Source: the human T2T-CHM13v2.0 reference genome, Homo sapiens. Taken from it: DNA of 64,000 nt. The position numbers and the translations under genes were made by a program. Below are positions 53,601 through 64,000 of the stretch, piece by piece. Where the stretch lies: the NCBI RefSeq assembly GCF_009914755.1, contig NC_060946.1. One strand, 5' to 3'. How positions within the stretch are numbered: the first letter of the stretch is position 1; the number at the start of each line of letters is the position of its first letter. A model generated the notes under the pieces. That model saw only the letters and a list, made by a program, of their open reading frames with translations, was not told the origin of the DNA and did not search any database.

Positions 53601-56600
53601 AAAACTGCTCTGTCAATAGAAAGGTTCAACTCTGTTAGCTGCGTGCATATATCCCAAAGAAGATTCTGAGATTGCTTCTGTCTAGTTTTTATGGGAAGAT
53701 ATTTCCCTTTTCACCGTAGGCGTCAAGGCGCTCCAAATGTCCACTTCCAGATACTACAAAAAGAGTGTTTCAAACCTACTCTGTGAAAGGGAATATTCAA
53801 CTCTGTGACTTGAATGCACATATCACAAAGAAGTTTCTGAGAATGCTTCTGTCGAGATTTTATATGAAGATATTCCCGTTTCCAACGAAATCCTGAAATC
53901 TATCCAAATATCCCCTCGCAGATTCTACAAAAAGAGTGTTTCAAAACTGCTCTGTAAAAAGAAACGTTCAACTCTGTTAGTTGAGTACACACATCACAAA
54001 CAAGTTTCACAGAATGCTTCTTTCTAGCTTGTAGGGGAAGATATTCCCTTTATCACCATGGTCCTCAAACCGTCCGAAACGTCCACTTCCATATACTACA
54101 AAAAGAGCGTTTCAAACCTGCTCTAGGAAAGGCAATGTTCAACTCTGTGACTTGAATGCAGACATCACAGAGCAGTTTCTGAGAATGCTTCTGTCTAGAT
54201 TTTATAGGAAGATATTCCCGTTTCCAACGAAATCTTCACAGCTATCCAAATATCCACTTGCAGATTCTACAAAAAGAGTGTATCAAAACTGCTCTGTCAA
54301 AAGGAAGGTTCTTCTCTGTTAGGTGAGTGCATACGTCATAAAGGAGTTTCTGAGAATGTTTCTGTCTAGTGGTTATGGGAAGATATTTGCTTTTTCACCG
54401 TAGGCCTCAGAGCGCTCCAAATATCCACTTGCACATACTACAAAAAGAGTGCCTCAAAGCTGCTCTCTGAAACGGAATGTTCAACTCTATGAGTTGAATG
54501 CAAACATCACAAAGACGTTTCTGAGAATGCTTCTGTCTAGATTTGATATGAAGATATTCCCGTTTCCAACGAAATCTTCAAATCTATCCAAATGTCCACT
54601 TGCATAATCAACAAAAAGTGTTTTTCAGAACTGCTGTATCAAAAGAAAGATCCACGTCTGTTAGCTGAGTTCACACATCACAAACAAGTTTATGAGAATG
54701 CTTCTGTCTAGTTTTTATTTGAAGATATTTCCTTTCTCACCATAGACCTGAAAGCTGTCCTAATGTTCACTTCCAGATACTACAGAAAGAGTGTTTCAAA
54801 ACTGCTGTACGAAAGGGAATTTTCAACTCTGTGACTTGAATGCACACATCACAAAGAAGTTTCTGAGGATGCTGCTGTCTACTTTTTATACGTAATCCCG
54901 TTTCCAACGAAATCCTCCAAGCTATCCAAATATCCACTTGCAGATTCCACAGAAAGACTGTTTCAAAACTGCTCTGTCAATAGAAAGGTTCAACTCTGTT
55001 AGCTGCGTGCATATATCCCAAAGAAGATTCTGAGATTGCTTCTGTCTAGTTTTTATGGGAAGATATTTCCCTTTTCACCGTAGGCGTCAAGGCGCTCCAA
55101 ATGTCCACTTCCAGATACTACAAAAAGAGTGTTTCAAACCTACTCTGTGAAAGGGAATATTCAACTCTGTGACTTGAATGCACATATCACAAAGAAGTTT
55201 CTGAGAATGCTTCTGTCGAGATTTTATATGAAGATATTCCCGTTTCCAACGAAATCCTGAAATCTATCCAAATATCCCCTCGCAGATTCTACAAAAAGAG
55301 TGTTTCAAAACTGCTCTGTAAAAAGAAAGGTTCAACTCTGTTAGTTGAGTACACACATCACAAACAAGTTTCACAGAATGCTTCTTTCTAGCTTGTAGGG
55401 GAAGATATTCCCTTTATCACCGTGGTCCTCAAACCGTCCGAAACGTCCACTTCCATATACTACAAAAAGAGCGTTTCAAACCTGCTCTAGGAAAGGCAAT
55501 GTTCAACTCTGTGACTTGAATGCAGACATCACAGAACAGTTTCTGAGAATGCTTCTGTCTAGATTTTATAGGAAGATATTCCCGTTTCCAACGAAATCTT
55601 CACAGCTATCCAAATATCCACTTGCAGATTCTACAAAAAGAGTGTATCAAAACTGCTCTGTCAAAAGGAAGGTTCTTCTCTGTTAGGTGAGTGCATACGT
55701 CATAAAGGAGTTTCTGAGAATGTTTCTGTCTAGTGGTTATGGGAAGATATTTGCTTTTTCACCGTAGGCCTCAGAGCGCTCCAAATATCCACTTGCACAT
55801 ACTACAAAAAGAGTGCCTCAAAGCTGCTCTCTGAAACGGAATGTTCAACTCTATGAGTTGAATGCAAACATCACAAAGACGTTTCTGAGAATGCTTCTGT
55901 CTAGATTTGATATGAAGATATTCCCGTTTCCAACGAAATCTTCAAATCTATCCAAATGTCCACTTGCAGATTCAACAAAAAGTGTTTTTCAGAACTGCTC
56001 TATCAAAAGAAAGATCCACCTCTGTTAGCTGAGTTCACACATCACAAACAAGTTTATGAGAATGCTTCTGTCTAGTTTTTATTTGAAGATATTTCCTTTC
56101 TCACCATAGACCTGAAAGCTGTCCTAATATTCACTTCCAGATACTACAGAAAGAGTGTTTCAAAACTGCTGTACGAAAGGGAATGTTCAACTCTGTGACT
56201 TGAATGCACACATCACAAAGAAGTTTCTGAGGATGCTGCTGTCTACTTTTTATACGTAATCCCGTTTCCAACGAAATCCTCCAAGCTATCCAAATATCCA
56301 CTTGCAGATTCCACAGAAAGACTGTTTCAAAACTGCTCTGTCAATAGAAAGGTTCAACTCTGTTAGCTGCGTGCATATATCCCAAAGAAGATTCTGAGAT
56401 TGCTTCTGTCTAGTTTTTATGGGAAGATATTTCCCTTTTCACCGTAGGTGTCAAGGCGCTCCAAATGTCCACTTCCAGATACTACAAAAAGAGTGTTTCA
56501 AACCTACTCTGTGAAAGGGAATATTCAACTCTGTGACTTGAATGCACATATCACAAAGAAGTTTCTGAGAATGCTTCTGTCGAGATTTTATATGAAGATA

Positions 56601-59600
56601 TTCCCGTTTCCAACGAAATCCTGAAATCTATCCAAATATCCCCTCGCAGATTCTACAAAAAGAGTGTTTCAAAACTGCTCTGTAAAAAGAAAGGTTCAAC
56701 TCTGTTAGTTGAGTACACACATCACAAACAAGTATCACAGAATGCTTCTTTCTAGCTTGTAGGGGAAGATATTCCCTTTATCACCATGGGCCTCAAACCG
56801 TCCGAAACGTCCACTTCCATATACTTCAAAAAAAGCGTTTCAAACCTGCTCTATGAAAGGCAATGTTCAACTCTGTGACTTGAATGCAGACATCACAGAG
56901 CTGTTTCTGAGAATGCTTCTGTCTAGATTTTATAGGAAGATATTCCCGTTTCCAACGAAATCTTCACAGCTATCCAAATATCCACTTGCAGATTCTACAA
57001 AAAGAGTGTATCCAAACTGCTCTGTCAAAAGGAAGGTTCTTCTCTGTTAGGTGAGTGCATACGTCATAAAGGAGTTTCTGAGAATGTTTCTGTCTAGTGG
57101 TTATGGGAAGATATTTGCTTTTTCACCGTAGGCCTCAGAGCGCTCCAAATATCCACTTGCACATACTACAAAAAGAGTGCCTCAAAGCTGCTCTCTGAAA
57201 CGGAATGTTCAACTCTATGAGTTGAATTCAAACATCACAAAGACGTTTCTGAGAATGCTTCTGTCTAGATTTGATATGAAGATATTCCCGTTTCCAACGA
57301 AATCTTCAAATCTATCCAAATGTCCACTTGCAGATTCAACAAAAAGTGTTTTTCAGAACTGCTCTATCAAAAGAAAGATCCACCTCTGTTAGCTGAGTTC
57401 ACACATCACAAACAAGTTTATGAGAATGCTTCTGTCTAGTTTTTATTTGAAGATATTTCCTTTCTCACCATAGACCTGAAAGCTGTCCTAATGTTCACTT
57501 CCAGATACTACAGAAAGAGTGTTTCAAAACTGCTGTACGAAAGGGAATGTTCAACTCTGTGACTTGAATGCACACATCACAAAGAAGTTTCTGAGGATGC
57601 TGCTGTCTACTTTTTATACGTAATCCTGTTTCCAACGAAATCCTCCAAGCTATCCAAATATCCACTTGCAGATTCCACAGAAAGAATGTTTCAAAACTGC
57701 TCTGTCAATAGAAAGGTTCAACTCAGTTAGCTGCGTGCATATATCCCAAAGAAGATTCTGAGATTGCTTCTGTCTAGTTTTTATGGGAAGATATTTCCCT
57801 TTTCACCGTAGGCGTCAAGGCGCTCCAAATGTCCACTTCCAGATACTACAAAAAGAGTGTTTCAAACCTAATCTGTGAAAGGGAATATTCAACTCTGTAA
57901 CTTGAATGCACATATCACAAAGAAGTTTCTGAGAATGCTTCTGTCGAGATTTTATATGAAGATATTCCCGTTTCCAACGAAATCCTGAAATCTATCCAAA
58001 TATCCCCTCGCAGATTCTACAAAAAGAGTGTTTCAAAACTGCTCTGTAAAAAGAAAGGTTCAACTCTGTTAGTTGAGTACACACATCACAAACAAGTTTC
58101 ACAGAATGCTTCTTTCTAGCTTGTAGGGGAAGATATTCCCTTCATCACCATGGGCCTCAAACCGTCCGAAACGTCCACTTCCATATACTACAAAAAGAGC
58201 GCTTCAAACCTGCTCTATGAAAGGCAATGTTCAACTCTGTGACTTGAATGCAGACATCACAGAGCAGTTTCTGAGAATGCTTCTGTCTAGATTTTATAGG
58301 AAGATATTCCCGTTTCCAACGAAATCTTCACAGCTATCCAAATATCCACTTGCAGATTCTACAAAAAGAGTGTATCAAAACTGCTCTGTCAAAAGGAAGG
58401 TTCTTCTCTGTTAGGTGAGTGCATACGTCATAAAGGAGTTTCTGAGAATGTTTCTGTCTAGTGGTTATGGGAAGATATTTGCTTTTTCACCGTAGGCCTC
58501 AGAGCGCTCCAAATGTCCACTTGCACATACTACAAAAAGAGGGCTTCAAACCTGCTCTCTGAAACGGAATGTTCAACTCTATGAGTTGAATGCAAACATC
58601 ACAAAGACGTTTCTGAGAATGCTTCTGTCTAGATTTGATATGAAGATATTACCGTTTCCAACGAAATCTTCAAATCTATCCAAATGTCCACTTGCAGATT
58701 CAACAAAAAGTGTTTTTCAGAACTGCTCTATCAAAAGAAAGATCCACCTCTGTTAGCTGAGTTCACACATCACAAACAAGTTTATGAGAATGCTTCTGTC
58801 TAGTTTTTATTTGAAGATATTTCCTTTCTCACCATAGACCTGAAAGCTGTCCTAATGTTCACTCCCAGATAATACAGAAAGAGTGTTTCAAAACTGCTGT
58901 ACGAAAGGGAATGTTCAACTCTGTGACTTGAATGCACACATCACAAAGAAGTTTCTGAGGATGCTGCTGTCTACTTTTTATACGTAATCCCGTTTCCAAC
59001 GAAATCCTCCAATCTATCCAAATATCCACTTGCAGATTCCACAGAAAGACTGTTTCAAAACTGCTCTGTCAATAGAAAGGTTAAACTCTGTTAGCTGCGT
59101 GCATATATCCCAAAGAAGATTCTGAGATTGCTTCTGTCTAGTTTTTATGGGAAGATATTTCCCTTTTCACCGTAGGCGTCAAGGCGCTCCAAATGTCCAC
59201 TTCCAGATACTACAAAAAGAGTGTTTCAAACCTACTCTGTGGAAGGGAATATTCAACTCTGTGACTTGAATGCAGATATCACAAAGAAGTTTCTGAGAAT
59301 GCTTCCGTCGAGATTTTATATGAAGATATTCCCGTTTCCAACGAAATCCTGAAATCTATCCAAATATCCCCTCGCAGATTCCACAAAAAGAGTGTTTCAA
59401 CACTGCTCTGTAAAAAGAAAGGTTCAACTCTGTTAGTTGAGTACACACATCACAAACAAGTTTCACAGAATGCTTCTTTCTAGCTTGTAGGGGAAGATAT
59501 TTCCTTTATCACCATGGTCCTCAAACCGTCCGAAACGTCCACTTCCATATACTAAAAAAAGAGTGTTTCAAACCTGCTCTATGAAAGGCAATGTTCAACT

Positions 59601-62600
59601 CTGTGACTTGAATGCAGACATCACAGAGCAGTTTCTGAGAATGCTTCTGTCCAGACTTTATAGGAAGATATTCCCGTTTCCAACGAAATCTTCACAGCTA
59701 TCCAAATATCCACTTGCAGATAGTACAAAAAGAGTGTATCAAAAATGCTCTGTCAAAAGGAAAGTTCTTCTCTGCTAGTTGAGTACATACGTCATAAAGA
59801 AGTTTCGGAGAATGTTCCTGTCTAGGGGATATGGGAAGATATTTGCTTTTTCCCCGTAGGCCTCAAAGCGCTCCAAATGTCCACTTGCACATACTACAAA
59901 AAGAGTGCTTCAAAGCTGCTCTCTGAAAGGGAATGTTCAACACTATGAGTTGAATGCTAACATCACAAAGACGTTTCTGAGAATGCTTCTGTCTAGATTT
60001 GATATGAAGATATTCCCGTTTCCAACGAAATCTTCAAATCTATCCAAATGTCCACTTGCAGATTCAACAAAAAGTGTTTTTCAGAACTGCTCTATCAAAA
60101 GAAAGATCCACCTCTGTTAGCTGAGTTCACACATCACAAACAAGTTTATGAGAATGCTTCTGTCTAGTTTTTATTTGAAGATATTTCCTTTCTCACCATA
60201 GACCTGAAAGCTGTCCTAATGTTCACTTCCAGATACTACAGAAAGAGCGTTTCAAAACTGCTGTACGAAAGGGAATGTTCAACTCTGTGACTTGAATGCA
60301 CACATCACAAAGAAGTTTCTGAGGATGCTGCTGTCTACTTTTTATACGTAATCCCGTTTCCAACGAAATCCTCCAAGCTATCCAAATATCCACTTGCAGA
60401 TTCCACAGAAAGACTGTTTCAAAACTGCTCTGTCAATAGAAAGGTTCAACTCTGTTAGCTGCGTGCATATATCCCAAAGAAGATTCTGAGATTGCTTCTG
60501 TCTAGTTTTTATGGGAATATATTTCCCTTTTCACCATAGGCGTCAAGGCGCTCCAAATGTCCACTTCCAGATACTACAAAAAGAGTGTTTCAAACCTACT
60601 CTGTGGAAGGGAATATTCAACTCTGTGACTTGAATGCAGATATCACAAAGAAGTTTCTGAGAATGCTTCCGTCGAGATTTTATATGATGATATTTCCGTT
60701 TCCAACGAAATCCTGAAATCTATCCAAATATCCCCTCGCAGATTCTACAAAAAGAGTGTTTCAACACTGCTCTGTAAAAAGAAAGGTTCAACTCTGTTAG
60801 TTGAGTACACACATCACAAACAAGTTTCACAGAATGCTTCTTTCTAGCTTGTAGGGGAAGATATTCCCTTTATCACCATGGGCCTCAAACCGTCCGAAAC
60901 GTCCACTTCCATATACTAAAAAAAGAGTGTTTCAAACCTGCTCTATGAAAGGCAATGTTCAACTCTGTGACTTGAATGAAGACATCACAGAGCAGTTTCT
61001 GAGAATGCTTCTGTCCAGACTTTATAGGAAGATACTCCCGTTTCCAAAGAAATCTTCACAGCTATCCAAATATCCACTTGCAGATAGTACAAAAAGAGTG
61101 TATCAAAAATGCTCTATCAAAAGGAAAGTTCTTCTCTGCTAGTTGAGTACATACGTCATAAAGAAGTTTCTGAGAATGTTCCTGTCTAGTGGTTATGGGA
61201 AGATATTTGCTTTTTCCCCGTAGGCCTCAAAGCGCTCCAAATGTCCACTTGCACATACTACAAAAAGAGTGCTTCAAAGCTGCTCTCTGAAAGGGAATGT
61301 TCAACTCTATGAGTTGAATGCTAACATCACAAAGACGTTTCTGAGAATGCTTCTGTCAAGATTTAATATGAAGATATTCCCGTTTCCAACGAAATCTTCA
61401 AATCTATCCAAATGTCCACTTGCAGATTCAACAAAAAGTGTTTTTCAGAACTGCTCTATCAAAAGAAAGATCCACCTCTGTTAGCTGAGTTCACACATCA
61501 CAAACAAGTTTATGAGAATGCTTCTGTCTAGTTTTTATTTGAAGATATAGCCTTTCTCACTATAGACCTGAAAGCTGTCCTAATGTTCACTTCCAGATAC
61601 TACAGAAAGAGTGTTTCAAAACTGCTGTACGAAAGGGAATGTTCAACTCTGTGACTTGAATGCACACATTACAAGGAAGTTTCTGAGGATGCTGCTGTCT
61701 AATTTTTATACGTAATCCCGTTTCCAACGAAATCCGCCAAGCTATCCAAATATCCACTTGCAGATTCCACAGAAAGACTGTTTCAAAACTGCTCTGTCAA
61801 TAGAAAGGTTCAACTCTGTTAGCTGCGTGCATATATCCCAAAGAAGATTCTGAAATTGCTTCTGTCTAGTTTTTGTGGGAAGATATTTCCCTTTTCACCG
61901 TAGGTGTCAAGGCGCTCCAAATGTCCACTTCCAGATACTACAAAAAGAGTGTTTCAAACCTACTCTGTGAAAGGGAATATTCAACTCTGTGACTTGAATG
62001 CAGATATCACAATGAAGATTCTGAGAATGCTTCTGTCGAGATTTTATATGAAGATATTTTCGTTTCCAACAAAATCCTGAAATCTATCCAAATATCCCCT
62101 CGCAGATTCTACAAAAAGAGTGTTTCAAAACTGCTCTGTAAAAAGAAAGGTTCAACTCTGTTAGTTGAGTACACACATCACAAACAAGTTTCACAGAATG
62201 CTTCTTTCTAGCTTGTAGGGGAAGATATTCCCTTTAACACCATGGGCCTCAAACCGTCTGAAACGTCCACTTCCATATACTACAAAAAGAGCGTTTCAAA
62301 CCTGCTCTATGAAAGGCAATGTTCAACTCTGTGACTTGAATGCAGACATCACAGAGCAGTTTCTGAGAATGCTTCTGTCTAGGTTTTACAGGAAGATATT
62401 CCCTTTTCCAACGAAATCTTCCCAGCTATCCAAATATCCACTTGCAGATTCTACAAAAAGAGTGTATCAAAACTGCTCTGTCAAAAGGAAGGTTCTTCTC
62501 TGTTAGTTGAGTACATACATCATAAAGGAGTTTCTGAGAATGTTTCTGTCTAGTGGTTATGGGAAGATATTTGCTTTTTCACCTTAGGCCTCAGAGCGCT

Positions 62601-64000
62601 CCAAATATCCACTTGCACATACTACAAAAAGAGTGCTTCAAAGCTGCTCTCTGAAACGGAATGTTCAATTCTATGAGTTGAATGCAAACATCACAAAGAC
62701 GTTTCTGAGAATGCTTCTGACTAGATTTGATATGAAGATATTCCCGTTTCCAACGAAATCTTCAAATCTATCCAAATGTCCACTTGCAGATTCAACAAAA
62801 TGAGTTTTTCAGAACTGCTCTATCAAAAGGAAGATCCACCTCTGTTAGCTGAGTTCACACATCACAAACAAGTTTATGAGAATGCTTCTGTCTAGTTTTT
62901 ATTTGAAGATATTTCCTTTCTCACCATAGACCTGAAAGCTGTCCTAATGTTCACTTCCAGATACTACAGAAAGAGTGTTTCAAAACTGCTGTACGAAAGG
63001 GAATGTTCAACTCTGTGACTTGAATGCACACATCACAAAGAAGTTTCTGAGGATGCTGCTGTCTACTTTTTATACGTAATCCCGTTTCCAACGAAATCCT
63101 CCAAGCTATCCAAATATCCACTTGCAGATTCCACAGAAAGACTGTTTCAAAACTGCTCTGTCAATAGAAAGGTTCAACTCTGTTAGCTGCGTGCATATAT
63201 CCCAAAGAAGATTCTGAGATTGCTTCTGTCTAGTTTTTATGGGAAGATATTTCCCTTTTCACCGTAGGCGTCAAGGCGCTCCAAATGTCCACTTCCAGAT
63301 ACTACAAAAAGAGTGTTTCAAACCTACTCTGTGAAAGGGAATATTCAACTCTGTGACTTGAATGCACATATCACAAAGAAGTTTCTGAGAATGCTTCTGT
63401 CGAGATTTTATATGAAGATATTCCCGTTTCCAACGAAATCCTGAAATCTATCCAAATATCCCCTCGCAGATTCTACAAAAAGAGTGTTTCAAAACTGTTC
63501 TGTAAAAAGAAAGGTTCAACTCTGTTAGTTGAGTACACACATCACAAACAAGTATCACAGAATGCTTCTTTCTAGCTTGTAGGGGAAGATATTCCCTTTA
63601 TCACCATGGACCTCAAACCGTCCGAAACGTCCACTTCCATATACTTCAAAAAGAGCGTTTCAAACCTGCTCTATGAAAGGCAATGTTCAACTCTGTGACT
63701 TGAATGCAGACATCACAGAGCTGTTTCTGAGAATGCTTCTGTCTAGATTTTATAGGATGATATTCCCGTTTCCAACGAAATCTTCACAGCTATCCAAATA
63801 TCCACTTGCAGATTCTACAAAAAGAGTGTATCCAAAGTGCTCTGTCAAAAGGAAGGTTCTTCTCTGTTAGGTGAGTGCATACGTCATAAAGGAGTTTCTG
63901 AGAATGTTTCTGTCTAGTGGTTATGGGAAGATATTTGCTTTTTCACCGTAGGCCTCAGAGCGCTCCAAATATCCACTTGCACATAATACAAAAAGAGTGC

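Larger units (their letters stand above)
1..64000 (-). repeat. Alpha-satellite (alphoid) centromeric higher-order repeat array, 8-monomer 1364-bp HOR, ~47 copies, SF2-type dimeric A/B organisation
   Basis: The sequence at position 1 (atattcccgtttccaacgaaatcttcaaatc) recurs at 1365, 2729 and onward. The ORF track repeats with a 1364-bp period (1260, 2624, 3988, 5352...). There is an internal ~171-bp periodicity with typical alphoid motifs (tttctgagaatgcttctgtctag, ttcaactctgtgacttgaatg, the reverse complement of the alphoid consensus). A CENP-B box occurs in every second monomer. Confidence 0.99.
1..64000 (-). other. Probable identity: human chr14/chr22 live centromeric array (D14Z9/D22Z1, S2C14/22H1L)
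   Basis: This is an 8-mer 1.36-kb SF2-type HOR with one TaqI site (tcga at ~663), XbaI sites (tctaga at ~1005 and ~1347) and no regular EcoRI site. The monomers resemble the 13/21-14/22 acrocentric alphoid group as I recall it, and 13/21 is an 11-mer while 14/22 is an 8-mer. The assignment is from recall, not alignment, and chr14 versus chr22 cannot be resolved here. Confidence 0.72.

Noticed and set aside
1260-63870. Recurring 65-83 aa plus-strand ORFs (MPQSCSLKRNVQ..., MKGNVQLCDL...)
   Set aside because: They are translations of alphoid monomers, recur at the 1364-bp period, often start at GTG/TTG, and appear or vanish with single SNVs. They show no recognisable domain or gene context.
1-64000. 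CRISPR-like array: conserved tcccgtttccaacgaaatc repeats separated by longer sequence
   Set aside because: The 'spacers' are ~320 bp, homologous to one another and repeat every 1364 bp. The motif is the CENP-B box and no cas genes are present.
1-64000. Hidden insertion (L1/Alu), inversion or HOR with changed monomer number
   Set aside because: The HOR phase is preserved from start to end except for seven single-base deletions, leaving no room for an insertion or monomer deletion. All CENP-B boxes have the same orientation.

Overview
The whole 64 kb window is primate, most likely human, centromeric alpha-satellite DNA. It holds about 47 head-to-tail copies of a 1364-bp higher-order repeat (HOR) of eight ~171-bp monomers (seven steps of 171 bp and one of 167 bp between box sites), with the conventional alphoid strand on '-'. 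CENP-B-box (B-type) monomers alternate strictly with pJalpha/A-box monomers, the dimeric pattern of suprachromosomal family 2. The 8-mer period and monomer sequences best fit the chr14/22 live array (D14Z9/D22Z1), assigned from recall rather than a search. I saw no genes, transposon insertions, inversions or monomer-number HOR variants, and all listed ORFs are chance products of the repeat. I found no evidence of an undescribed gene system. The unexplained structure is the array's internal history: alternating homogeneous and divergent HOR-haplotype domains, nested 1-, 2-, 3-, 4-, 7- and 12-HOR-offset duplications, seven 1-bp deletions, apparent conversion mosaics, and a duplicated patch of broken CENP-B boxes. 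Variant calls were made by eye and may be incomplete.
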